The notes beneath the pieces are model-generated. The model was not told where the DNA came from and ran no database searches. It was given only the letters and a program-made list of their open reading frames with translations. From a virus (Duplodnaviria; Caudoviricetes): 26,186 nucleotides of DNA. The stretch's first letter is position 1; the number at the start of each line of letters is the position of its first letter. The stretch is taken from positions 1 to 26,186 of IMG/VR virus record IMGVR_UViG_3300030332_000463. One strand, 5' to 3'. The position numbers and the translations under genes were made by a program. Below, piece after piece: positions 7,790 through 16,804 of this stretch.

Positions 7790-8022
7790 TGGCTTGGTCT
7801 CAAGAGGAATTCACCAACTGGAAAGCATCTCCTTTGACGCAAAAATTCTTTGCGTTCCTGGGTGATAAGCGTGAGGATCTAAAAGAGACGTGGGCACAGG
7901 GAATTGACATGTCTAAAGAGGACGAAGCCGTTGCTTTTGTGTATGGCGATATTCTTGATCTGAAATATGGGCACATTAGCGAATTCTACGAAACTGAGGA
8001 AGAGGAAAGTGAAGATGAGTGA
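7789..8022 (+). CDS. Small hypothetical head-module protein
   Basis: 77-aa ORF coupled to the portal stop (TGATG), with an acidic tail. Confidence 0.7.
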   Translation: MAWSQEEFTNWKASPLTQKFFAFLGDKREDLKETWAQGIDMSKEDEAVAFVYGDILDLKYGHISEFYETEEEESEDE

Positions 8023-8404
8023 ATATCAAAACACGTCAGGATTGCGTGCGGTCGAGTATCGCGTTCTGATCAAGCCGGATAGCACCGAGGAGGTGACCGC
8101 CGGTGGCATCATTCTGACCGACGACAACGCCGAACGGAACAGTTGGGCGCAGGTTAAAGGCACTATCGCCAGCATCGGCGGTTCGGCATTTGAGGATTGG
8201 GATCCAGTCGAACGTGGAGCTCTACAACCTGGAGCACGCGTCTACTATTCTAAATACGAAGGCGTCCTGATACAAGGAGCAGACGGTGAAGAATATCGTC
8301 TGTGTAACGATAAGATGATCGGAGCAATCATCTTGAATGAGCTTGCTGCGCCTGTTCACTTAGTCCATGCGAGAACTAAGGGTGGCATGGCCGGCGCGGC
8401 TTAA
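8015..8404 (+). CDS. groES: GroES/Cpn10-like co-chaperonin
   Basis: RVLIKP...EEVTAGGIIL mobile loop, GTIASIG, VYYSKYEG and GEEYRL. ATG at 8015 follows GAGG. Confidence 0.88.
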   Translation: MSEYQNTSGLRAVEYRVLIKPDSTEEVTAGGIILTDDNAERNSWAQVKGTIASIGGSAFEDWDPVERGALQPGARVYYSKYEGVLIQGADGEEYRLCNDKMIGAIILNELAAPVHLVHARTKGGMAGAA

Positions 8405-8417
8405 TGAGGATAAGAAC

Positions 8418-9197
8418 ATGACATTTGATGATGAAAATGATCAAGCGATTGAAGAACTAGAAAGCGACGTCGAAGAAGGCGAAGAGCAGGAAGAAGTTTC
8501 TGAGGAGATTGATGCTCTTGCTCGTGAAATGGGATGGTCGCCTGCTGATGAGTGGCGCGGAGATCCTGAAAAGCACGTCGACGCGCGCACGTTCATTAAA
8601 ACTGGTCCTGAAATCCTCAAGTCAACGTTGAGGAAACAGGACGAGAAACTGGATGAAGTCGCTGCGACGATGAAAGGTATGGCTAAAGCAGCCAAGGGCG
8701 CTGAAGATCGAGCTTATGCTCGAGCCACTGAAGTTCTCAAGGCTCAACAGGAAGAAGCTGTGGCCGACGGTGACGTCGAAGAATTCAAGCGTATCGGCAC
8801 CGAAATCGACGAACTTGACAAGCCAGACGCACAGGCTAACAATGTTGATCCGAACTATTCTTCGTTCCAAGATGCTAATCCTTGGTACGGGACTGATTAT
8901 GAAAGGAGCGCGTATGCTGATCAAATCGCTCCTCATGTCGGACAAAAATTCCAAGGCGTGGATTTCTATAAGGAGCTTTCATCTGCGGTAGCTAAGAAAT
9001 TTCCTGACACGAACCCCAATCGAGATCGTGCGCCGAGTGTTGAAGGGGGCGGAGGAACGAACCGTCCCAAGGCTGGAGGGAATACGTATAAGTCTCTTCC
9101 AGCTGAGGCTAAGGCAGCTTGTGATGATTTTGTCACGGATGGCATCATGACAAGAGAAGAATACGTCACGGACTACTTTTCAGAGGGGGCAGCGTAA
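8418..9197 (+). CDS. Capsid scaffolding protein
   Basis: Acidic N-terminus, AREMGW, a coiled-coil middle, NPWYG and a short C-terminal helical domain. Lies between portal and capsid. GAGG precedes ATG 8418. Confidence 0.7.
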   Translation: MTFDDENDQAIEELESDVEEGEEQEEVSEEIDALAREMGWSPADEWRGDPEKHVDARTFIKTGPEILKSTLRKQDEKLDEVAATMKGMAKAAKGAEDRAYARATEVLKAQQEEAVADGDVEEFKRIGTEIDELDKPDAQANNVDPNYSSFQDANPWYGTDYERSAYADQIAPHVGQKFQGVDFYKELSSAVAKKFPDTNPNRDRAPSVEGGGGTNRPKAGGNTYKSLPAEAKAACDDFVTDGIMTREEYVTDYFSEGAA

Positions 9198-9664
9198 TGG
9201 CTAGACGTAAATCAATACCCGAGATTGCCGAGGGCGGCAACAGGGACGAACGCTCTGAAATTCGTGAAACCGGCCGTGAAGGAAAAGGCCGTCAGAAACG
9301 AATTCCTATGGGCGTTCAGCAACCTAAGATGTTGGCTGATGAACGACCCGGCTATGTCCGGTATTGGTTTAATGACAAAGGTACACGCCTGTCCACAGCA
9401 GAGCGCGCGGGCTATTCGTACGTGAAGGAAAACGGCGAAAATCGCAGCATGTCTGTCGGCACGCACGAGGATGGCCGCCCACTAAGGGCGTATCTCATGG
9501 AAATCACGCAAGAATTCTATGATGAGGATCAGGCAGCTAAACAGGTGCCGCTCGACGAGTTCGAGACCGCTATTAACAGCGGTCTTCCGCAAGGAGCTCA
9601 GCCGGGTGACCAAGGTCAATTTTATTCCGAGTCATCCGAGGGTGGACCCCTCTCGAGGAGCTGA
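9197..9664 (+). CDS. Hypothetical head-module protein
   Basis: 155 aa, TAATG-coupled to the scaffold gene. Motifs RPGYVRYWFND and AYLMEI. Confidence 0.75.
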   Translation: MARRKSIPEIAEGGNRDERSEIRETGREGKGRQKRIPMGVQQPKMLADERPGYVRYWFNDKGTRLSTAERAGYSYVKENGENRSMSVGTHEDGRPLRAYLMEITQEFYDEDQAAKQVPLDEFETAINSGLPQGAQPGDQGQFYSESSEGGPLSRS

Positions 9665-9703
9665 TGCGACTTATTTTTCAACTTCTAAGTATGGAGCCAT
9701 ATC

Positions 9704-10360
9704 ATGGCAAATACTGACACCCCGAAGGGTCTCGTTCCGATTAAGCATCGGAATGGCGCGCCCTACAATGGTGCGGCCAATCCCTACTACAAGCCCGCTG
9801 GGTATGCCACGGCCTTGTTCGTAGGCGATGTGGTCGTCAAGACCGGAACCGCCAACACCGCTGCCGCTTCGGCACCGGGTCTGGGCGATTTCAACATTGC
9901 TACGTTGCCTGAGATCAACAAGACCACCGCCGGCGACTCCAACACCGATGGCGAACGCCAGACTGGTGTTGTTGTTGGCTTCGGTGCTGACCCCGACAAT
10001 CTGACGAACGTTTACAGCTCTGCCTCTACCGAGGCCATCGTGTGGGTTGTGGACGATCCGAGTGTTGTGTTCGAGGTTCAGTGCCCCAGCGCGATTGCAG
10101 CCACTCAGATCGGCCTCAATGCCGTCCTGATTGACACGCATTCCGGTAGCACGGTCACGGGGCTTTCTGGCACCGAGATGGATGGTGGCGACACCACCGC
10201 TCCGGCGGCGAATGCGTCCTATCAGTTGTTGATCTTGCGGGCGGTCAATCGCACCGACAACGAGACCAACGCTGTCCATAACATGATCGAGGTCGTGTTG
10301 AACAATCACACTGAAGGTACCGGCATGAATACCAATGCCATCGGTACTCTCGGTATATAA
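9704..10360 (+). CDS. Capsid auxiliary/decoration protein
   Basis: 218-aa Ala/Thr/Gly-rich protein directly before the MCP. GGAG RBS. N-terminus MANTDTPKGLVP and DDPSVVFEVQ. Confidence 0.65.
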   Translation: MANTDTPKGLVPIKHRNGAPYNGAANPYYKPAGYATALFVGDVVVKTGTANTAAASAPGLGDFNIATLPEINKTTAGDSNTDGERQTGVVVGFGADPDNLTNVYSSASTEAIVWVVDDPSVVFEVQCPSAIAATQIGLNAVLIDTHSGSTVTGLSGTEMDGGDTTAPAANASYQLLILRAVNRTDNETNAVHNMIEVVLNNHTEGTGMNTNAIGTLGI

Positions 10361-10374
10361 GGAGGGCTTGAACA

Positions 10375-11286
10375 ATGGCAGGTGTCATCACCACCGGCGC
10401 TCACCCGAAAGCGCTATGGCCTGGAATGAAGGCTTGGTTCGGTCGCACGTACAATGAACATTCGACCGAATACACCGACCTCTTCGACATGGACACGTCG
10501 AAGAAAGCCTATGAAGAGACCGGTCTTGTGACTGGTTTCGGACTGGCCCCGGTAAAAGCCGAGGGAGCCTCAACGTCTTATGACAGCGAGTCCCAGGGCT
10601 TCATCAACCGTGCAACTCACGTTGCCTATGCTCTCGGTTTCATCGTGACCTACGAAGAAATCCGCGACAACCTTTATCCGGTCGTCGGTAAGCGCCGCGC
10701 TCAAGCGTTGGCCTTCTCGATGCGCCAGACCAAGGAAAACGTGGGCGCCAACGTCTACAACCGGGCGTTCAACTCGTCCTACACCTTCGGCGACGGCAAA
10801 GAAATCCTCGCCACCGACCACCCGTCGAAAGCCGGCGACTGGTCAAACGAGTTGGCCACGGCTGCGGACATGAGCGAGACCTCGATTGAGGACTTGATCA
10901 TTCAGATCATGGGCGCGTCAAACGACCGTGGGCTGAAGATCAACCTCATGCCTGAGTGCTTGATCGTGCATCGCAACGATTGGTTCGAAGCCAACCGCAT
11001 CTTGAAATCCACCTTGCAGAACGACACGGCTAACAACGCGGTCAACGCGCTGAAGTCCACTGGCGTTTTCCCGAAGGGTATCAAGGTCAATCACTATCTC
11101 ACCGACTCCGATGCCTGGTTCGTTCGGTCAAATGCTCCGCGTGGCATGATCTGCTATGACCGGGAAATCGGCGAGTATGAGATGGACAACGACTTCGACA
11201 CCAAGAACGCCAAGTCGAAGAAGTACGAACGGTATAGCTTCACCGTTGACGATCCACGCGCTCTCTACGGCTCTGCGGGCGCTTAA
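10375..11286 (+). CDS. Major capsid protein (HK97 fold, Mu gpT-like)
   Basis: Strong RBS AAGGAGG and strongly biased codons. Motifs KALWPG, GFGLAPVKAEG, YALGFIVTYE, DGKEILATDHP, HYLTDSDAWF and DFDTKNAK...ERYSF. Confidence 0.88.
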   Translation: MAGVITTGAHPKALWPGMKAWFGRTYNEHSTEYTDLFDMDTSKKAYEETGLVTGFGLAPVKAEGASTSYDSESQGFINRATHVAYALGFIVTYEEIRDNLYPVVGKRRAQALAFSMRQTKENVGANVYNRAFNSSYTFGDGKEILATDHPSKAGDWSNELATAADMSETSIEDLIIQIMGASNDRGLKINLMPECLIVHRNDWFEANRILKSTLQNDTANNAVNALKSTGVFPKGIKVNHYLTDSDAWFVRSNAPRGMICYDREIGEYEMDNDFDTKNAKSKKYERYSFTVDDPRALYGSAGA

Positions 11287-11292
11287 TCTGGG

Positions 11293-11348
11293 TGCGGGTA
11301 ACCAATCCCGCAAATGAGGCCGGGGGGCGCGGCAGCGCGCTCCCCCGG
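11293..11348 (+). promoter_or_regulatory. Two hairpins after the capsid gene (possible mRNA stabiliser or weak terminator)
   Basis: TGCGGG-N8-CCCGCA (11293-11312) and CCGGGGGGCGCG-GCAG-CGCGCTCCCCCGG (11320-11348). No U-tract follows. Confidence 0.5.
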
Positions 11349-11368
11349 TTCCCAACAGGAGAAAGAAA

Positions 11369-12280
11369 ATGGCTGCAAATAACGTGACGAATTTTCCGGG
11401 TGGTTTTGCGAACGGCGTGAGCCTTCGCGGGATACCCATTCTTAACACCTACGGCGGTGATGTCTACTGGGTGGACAGCGGCGCAGGTTCTGACTCTGGT
11501 AAGGGCACTTTCGACCGTCCCTTCGCCACCATCGACTATGCTGTTGGTCGCTGCACTGCTTCGCAGGGTGACATCATCATGGTCAAACCCGGACATGCCG
11601 AGACCGTGTCTGCCGCTGGCGGACTTGATCTTGACGTTGCTGGTATCTCGGTAATTGGCATTGGCAGCGGATCTCTTCAGCCGACTGTAACCCTCGGCAC
11701 CGCCACTACGGCGGACGTTGATATTGATGCCGCAAACGTGACCGTCGAAAATCTCCATTTTGTCGCAGCTTTGGCTGATATCGACATTATGATCGACGTG
11801 AACGCGGACGACTTCACCCTCCGCAACTGCCGCTTCTCTCAGTCCGCTGTTGATTTGAACGCGAAAATCTGTGTTCAGGATGCAGCGGCTGGCGGTTCCG
11901 ACCGCATCCTCATCGAAGGCTGCAAGGCCATCATGTACGATGCGGCCAACACGCACTTCGTGAACTTCGCCGGAACCGGTGACGGTCATATCGTTCGCAA
12001 CAATGTCCTTCATGGGGATTGGGGCACGATGGCCGTCGGTGGCGCGGGCGTTATCACCTATTGTGAAATCGTCGGTAACATCATCGGTAACATCGCCAAC
12101 ACCTCCGACGCTATCGTTAGCCTCGCGTCTACGGCGACGGGCGTGGTCGTGGGCAACCACGGCGCCGGCGCGGCGGTTCAAGCCAATGGCATCACCGCCA
12201 CGGCTTGCGTCATCTCGCAAAACTACTACGGGGTCATTGGCGAAGACCTCTCGGCGATCCTCGATCCGATTGCCACGTAA
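11369..12280 (+). CDS. Parallel beta-helix (pectin-lyase-like) virion protein
   Basis: AGGAG RBS. YWVDSGAGSDSGKGTFDRPFATIDYAV, GDIIMVKPGH, and repeated N-x-I/V beta-helix coils (VTVENL, IVRNN, IVGNIIGN). Confidence 0.75.
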   Translation: MAANNVTNFPGGFANGVSLRGIPILNTYGGDVYWVDSGAGSDSGKGTFDRPFATIDYAVGRCTASQGDIIMVKPGHAETVSAAGGLDLDVAGISVIGIGSGSLQPTVTLGTATTADVDIDAANVTVENLHFVAALADIDIMIDVNADDFTLRNCRFSQSAVDLNAKICVQDAAAGGSDRILIEGCKAIMYDAANTHFVNFAGTGDGHIVRNNVLHGDWGTMAVGGAGVITYCEIVGNIIGNIANTSDAIVSLASTATGVVVGNHGAGAAVQANGITATACVISQNYYGVIGEDLSAILDPIAT

Positions 12281-12287
12281 GATCATA

Positions 12288-12318
12288 GGGAGGGGCATTT
12301 TGCCCCTCCCCACTTCTT
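12288..12318 (+). terminator. Putative intrinsic terminator
   Basis: Perfect 10-bp stem GGGAGGGGCA/TGCCCCTCCC with a TTT loop, followed by CACTTCTT (weak U-tract). Confidence 0.55.
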
Positions 12319-12333
12319 GAAGAGGATATAAAG

Positions 12334-13299
12334 ATGCCCAAAGCAAAGGCCATCACTCTCGCCCCGGACGCTCTCGACCGAAACGGGCTTTCCACGACCG
12401 AAACACTTGTAGCCACCCGCCTTGATTATCTCATCAACGGCGCGTTCGCCGTCGCTAGTTCCTACGTTACTGACTCCATTGTCGCCAGTGCGGTCCCGGT
12501 AGCGGGCACCGCGATGACCATCGCGGATCATAACTACGAGGACCGCAAGGGAGCCTACATTCTGATCGACAGTTCAGGCAGTGGCGACGAAACGGGCGGC
12601 ACGTTCGTCATCGTCGGTAAAGAGCCGGTCACGGGTAACTCGATCACTGAGACGATCACCGGCCCTGACGCCAATCTGATCGTCCTGGGCACGACGCGCT
12701 TCGCTCAAGTCACGTCGGTAACCCCCGCAGGGACGCTCTCAGGGTCAGCGATCACGGTCGGCGTCAACGGTTACGCCACCTTCACCACGCCGCAGCATAT
12801 GTCAGCCTACTCCGCCGGCGACGATAGCGGCGAGACGGTGACCTTCCTGGGTGAGGACCGGTACGACGAGAGTCTCACCGAGACCATCACCGGCGCCGGC
12901 GCGGGTGCTACGGTTGACACGACCAAGAACTACAAGCGCGTTGACCGCATCACAGCGAGTGGTGTGGGCGCTGGCGCGACCGAGGCCGGTAACGACGGCC
13001 TCTGCGAGAGCCAATGGTACGTCATAAACTACCGAGGCAACAACTTCAGTGTGGGCCTCGGCCTGGACATCGTGTCAGGCACTTTGACCTGTGCGGTCCA
13101 GCATACCTTCAACAACGTGCAGGGTAAGGGCTTCCGCGAGGATGATGCCACGGTTCATACTCACGACACCATCACCGGTAAGACGGCAGACTTCGACGGT
13201 AACTACTCGAACCCGCCGGTCGCTTGTCGCCTTGCTATCACGGCATTCACCAGCGGTAGTGCAACGCTGAGAATCGTCCAGGCTGGAAGTGGAACATAG
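12334..13299 (+). CDS. Thr/Gly-rich beta-structured virion protein with an internal repeat
   Basis: GAGG RBS, 321 aa. Two copies of G-x5-7-(I/L)TETITG...(F/Y)xxVxx(V/I)T. Confidence 0.75.
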   Translation: MPKAKAITLAPDALDRNGLSTTETLVATRLDYLINGAFAVASSYVTDSIVASAVPVAGTAMTIADHNYEDRKGAYILIDSSGSGDETGGTFVIVGKEPVTGNSITETITGPDANLIVLGTTRFAQVTSVTPAGTLSGSAITVGVNGYATFTTPQHMSAYSAGDDSGETVTFLGEDRYDESLTETITGAGAGATVDTTKNYKRVDRITASGVGAGATEAGNDGLCESQWYVINYRGNNFSVGLGLDIVSGTLTCAVQHTFNNVQGKGFREDDATVHTHDTITGKTADFDGNYSNPPVACRLAITAFTSGSATLRIVQAGSGT

Positions 13300-13300
13300 C

Positions 13301-13699
13301 ATGGGACTATCTAATTTAAGAGAAGAAACTGGCGCTGATCTGTCTTTGACAGAGCTAATGGGACTTCTTGGGAGTTCCAAGAAGATGAAAGAGGCTCTTG
13401 AAAAATTCATCTACGCTGCTCGGAAGGCTAATAAAGCAACAAAAACTGCTGAAATAGCTCAAGCTGAACGTGACAAGAAAAATCGACAGGCCCGTGCGGA
13501 GTTGGAGAAAGAAGATCGTGCGACGGATAAGAAGCGTGACGCCATCGCCAAACGCGAGGCGCGTATCGAGGGCATCGACGCGGATGCCACCGAGCGCGAG
13601 GCGCGTATTCAGCAAGGCCCGAAAGAACTTAGAGCCGGCCAGGCTTCGCAACCAACGGCGTTGGGTGTTTACCGCGGCAAAAACTACCGGCGGCACTAA
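13301..13699 (+). CDS. Coiled-coil hypothetical protein
   Basis: ATG 1 nt after the previous stop. K/E/R/A-rich helical sequence with an atypical C-terminal ~30 aa. Confidence 0.6.
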   Translation: MGLSNLREETGADLSLTELMGLLGSSKKMKEALEKFIYAARKANKATKTAEIAQAERDKKNRQARAELEKEDRATDKKRDAIAKREARIEGIDADATEREARIQQGPKELRAGQASQPTALGVYRGKNYRRH

Positions 13700-13744
13700 T
13701 GGTGATGTGCTTATCGGTTTAACTTGGTTGGATAGAGTTTAAGC

Positions 13745-14086
13745 ATGGGCAAGACACGTTACATCCACGGCGATTTTAATATCATTTGTGAGCGAACTGG
13801 TAGTAAGATAAAGCGTTCCCAGGCTCGCAAGGAGTGGAACAACAAGATTGTCCGCAAGGAGAGTTTCGAGCATCGGCACCCGATGGACTTCTTACGCGCT
13901 CGCCCAGACCGGCAAGCAGCGGAAGACCCGAGGACCGAGAGTAGCGATGTTTACCTGGGCGCTAATCAGGTCCAGGCGAATGATCTTAATCAGAAAGGCA
14001 GCGCACTGGACACGACACCGTCCATCTGGGATAGTGGAGTGTCTACCTGGGATGCCCTCGCAAGCGTTTGGGACGTGGACTCATGA
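13745..14086 (+). CDS. Hypothetical structural-region protein
   Basis: 113 aa with ICERTG...EWN...FEHRHPMDF. C-terminal W-D heptads. ATGA-coupled to the next gene. Confidence 0.75.
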   Translation: MGKTRYIHGDFNIICERTGSKIKRSQARKEWNNKIVRKESFEHRHPMDFLRARPDRQAAEDPRTESSDVYLGANQVQANDLNQKGSALDTTPSIWDSGVSTWDALASVWDVDS

Positions 14087-15621
14087 CTTCTGCAATTGAC
14101 GCAACAAAACCGGTAACGGGTAACCCCACCACGGAGAGCGTGCGGTCGAACTTTACCATCGCCGCCAGTGAGATTAGCGCGCTGCAAGACCTTGGCTTGG
14201 ACGCCCTCACCGCCGCTGAGATCACGCAAATCGGCAACATCGACAGCGAGACGATCATCAATTCTCAGTGGGCGTACCTCGGCGCGTCCGATCAGGCTTT
14301 GGCGACCTCGGACAGCATCACCCACGTTAACTTCACCGCAACCGGTTACATCTACTCCAGCGTGACCGGTAGCATCACCGCCGGCTCGACGCAGACCCAG
14401 GCCGGCGCCACGGCGCTGACGACAGATGTCAACTTTGTGACCGTGTCAGGCACCAACGGCGATGGCGTCAAGTTGCCCACGGCGGTGGCCGGTAGTCGTG
14501 TGTTGATCCTCAACGAGGACTCCGCCCAGACCATCCAGATTTGGCCTAATACCTCCGACACCATCGACGGCGGGTCCGCCGACGCTGTGGATAGCAGTTC
14601 CCTCGCCGCCGGCGCCCGGCGAGAATACGCGGCTGATGGGGCCACGAACTGGGTCACGGTCACTGCGTCAGCGGCGGGCGGCGGCGATCTGGTCTCAACC
14701 AACAACCTCTCAGACGTATCCAGCGCGACCACCTCGGCCACGAACCTCGGCCTCGGCACGGGTGATAGCCCACAGTTCACAGGCATCGAACTGGGTCATG
14801 CCACCGACACGACCATCGTGCGGTCTGGCGCGGGCGACATAACCATCGAAGGTAACGCGGTCTACCGCGCCGGCGGAACCGACGTGCCCGTCGCGGACGG
14901 CGGCACAGGCGCCTCGACGCTCACTGACGGCGGCGTCCTCTTGGGCAGCGGCACCGGCGCGGTCACCGCGATGGCTGTCCTGGCCGATAGCGAGATGATT
15001 GTTGGTAATGGAACCACCGATCCTGTAGCTGAGAGCGGCGCCACTTTGCGGACATCGATAGGTGTAGCAATAGGAACTGATGTTCTGGCTGAAGGGGACA
15101 CTTCGATTGGTAAGCACACAATCTGGGTTCCTGCTGCGGCGATGGAGGCTGCCGTTACGACCGCCGCCGCAACGTCAAACGCTGTGGAGATTGGTACGTC
15201 TCTGTTTGCGGCTAGGACGATGGACTTTGCGACTGGTGCGGACGACTTCGCGTACTTCGGGATTCAAATGCCCAAGTCGTGGAACGCCGGGACTTTGATA
15301 TGTCAATTTGTATGGTCTGCCACCGGCACAACAGGCAACACAGTTCTTTGGGCAATCGCGGCGGTTGCCCTGGCCGACACAGAGGTATTGACGACGGCCT
15401 TTCCGACGCCGGTTTCACCGCCCGCCGACACTAACAGCACGACCGCCGACGATATAATGATCTCCGCTGAAGTCACGGTCACCGTTGATGATACACCAGC
15501 GGCTGAGAATTACGTTATGTTTGAAGTCTCCAGAGATGTCAGCGGTGATACCTTGGCCGAGGACGCTAGGCTTCACGGCATCCGCATTCACTACACCACT
15601 AACGCGGGGAACGACACATGA
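14083..15621 (+). CDS. Tail/head fibre protein
   Basis: About 512 aa, Thr/Gly/Ala-rich. Fibre motifs NNLSDV, LGLGTGDSPQF and VADGGTGAS, plus a C-terminal beta-sandwich. ATG 14083 overlaps the previous stop. Confidence 0.78.
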   Translation: MTSAIDATKPVTGNPTTESVRSNFTIAASEISALQDLGLDALTAAEITQIGNIDSETIINSQWAYLGASDQALATSDSITHVNFTATGYIYSSVTGSITAGSTQTQAGATALTTDVNFVTVSGTNGDGVKLPTAVAGSRVLILNEDSAQTIQIWPNTSDTIDGGSADAVDSSSLAAGARREYAADGATNWVTVTASAAGGGDLVSTNNLSDVSSATTSATNLGLGTGDSPQFTGIELGHATDTTIVRSGAGDITIEGNAVYRAGGTDVPVADGGTGASTLTDGGVLLGSGTGAVTAMAVLADSEMIVGNGTTDPVAESGATLRTSIGVAIGTDVLAEGDTSIGKHTIWVPAAAMEAAVTTAAATSNAVEIGTSLFAARTMDFATGADDFAYFGIQMPKSWNAGTLICQFVWSATGTTGNTVLWAIAAVALADTEVLTTAFPTPVSPPADTNSTTADDIMISAEVTVTVDDTPAAENYVMFEVSRDVSGDTLAEDARLHGIRIHYTTNAGNDT

Positions 15622-16043
15622 TAATTACTCATGCTTTGGTTGCTGACGTAACTGATGAGATACTGGAGAGAGTAGACGGGGCTAAAGAATTCCGCACCGG
15701 TGTCCCCCCCATTTTTAACGGCAAACCTCTCAGGTGGTTGCCATACACAATGGATGATGAGCCTATCTTTGACGCAGACACGCACATCAAAGAGCGGTCT
15801 GTTGAGACGGTTGGTGAATCAGAGGTGACCTTGAGCCACCCAGTTCGCGCGCTTACTCAGGCGGAATTGACATCGCGCAGACAAGGCAAGATCAGGGGTT
15901 TGGATAATACTCTGGTGCGTATCGTTGAAGACCTGATGGTGGCGGTCGCCACTGGTGAGCCCTTAACTCGCGACACGTTCCCTGCCCAAGCGTGGGAGAA
16001 AATTAATAAACGTAGGCGGCTTCGCGGACAGGCGGACGTTTAA
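15618..16043 (+). CDS. Hypothetical protein, possible fibre-associated/chaperone
   Basis: 141 aa, ATGA-coupled directly after the fibre gene. Confidence 0.6.
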   Translation: MIITHALVADVTDEILERVDGAKEFRTGVPPIFNGKPLRWLPYTMDDEPIFDADTHIKERSVETVGESEVTLSHPVRALTQAELTSRRQGKIRGLDNTLVRIVEDLMVAVATGEPLTRDTFPAQAWEKINKRRRLRGQADV

Positions 16044-16787
16044 ATGTTTATGACCGATCCACTGATAGGTTTTGGTTCCTCCGCCGGGGGTGCGGCGCCA
16101 TTCAGTGTCACCAACTCTGGAGACTTTGAAAGAAGTGAAGGCGACCATATGACCATTACCGGGTTGACTGGTGAGGTCGACAAATGGACATGCGCTCTAT
16201 GGATGAAGCGAGAAAGCCAAGGTGCAGGAGAATACCATACTTTTCTGGGTTCAACGACGGCTGGCGAAAATTACATCAGGTTCGATAATAGTGATCGTCT
16301 TTATTTTAATAATAGTGGTTCAAACTGGCGGATCGTATCTACAGCTACTTACACTGATACCTCTGCATTCCATCATTATGTGTTTCACTACGACTCTGGG
16401 AATGCAACCGGCGGTGATCGTATGCGTATGTGGTACGATGGCACTGAGATCACCTCTTTTGATTTTGATACCAACCCAACCCAAGACGCTGATGGTATTA
16501 TTCTCAGCTCGGCGGTCAACTCGATTGGCAGGAGCGATCCGATCAATACACATTATTTCGACGGATTAATTGCTGAATTTTATCTGATATCCGACCAACT
16601 CTTATCGCCGTCCAGTTTTATCGACGGCACGCCTGGCAATGCCATCGCATTCACCGGCACATTTGGATCAGATGATAGTTATCTGAATTTTTCAAACGGA
16701 TCGGATTTGGGCGAGGATAGTTCTGGTGGGGGTAATGATTGGACTAACTCAGGTGTATCTCAATCTAGTACCGTGCCCCCCAGTTAG
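16044..16787 (+). CDS. LamG/concanavalin-A-like domain protein (receptor-binding candidate)
   Basis: WTCALWMKR, FHHYVFHYD, RMRMWYDG, IGR...YFDGLIAEFY and LGEDSSGGGNDWT. Confidence 0.8.
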   Translation: MFMTDPLIGFGSSAGGAAPFSVTNSGDFERSEGDHMTITGLTGEVDKWTCALWMKRESQGAGEYHTFLGSTTAGENYIRFDNSDRLYFNNSGSNWRIVSTATYTDTSAFHHYVFHYDSGNATGGDRMRMWYDGTEITSFDFDTNPTQDADGIILSSAVNSIGRSDPINTHYFDGLIAEFYLISDQLLSPSSFIDGTPGNAIAFTGTFGSDDSYLNFSNGSDLGEDSSGGGNDWTNSGVSQSSTVPPS

Positions 16788-16804
16788 CAGAACAGGAACA
16801 CACA

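Noticed and set aside
9671-10375. 234-aa minus-strand ORF
   Set aside because: Mirrors the capsid auxiliary gene on the opposite strand, with no independent evidence.
11240-12346. 368-aa minus-strand ORF
   Set aside because: Antisense shadow of the beta-helix gene caused by its biased codon usage. No recognisable motifs, and it opposes the operon direction.
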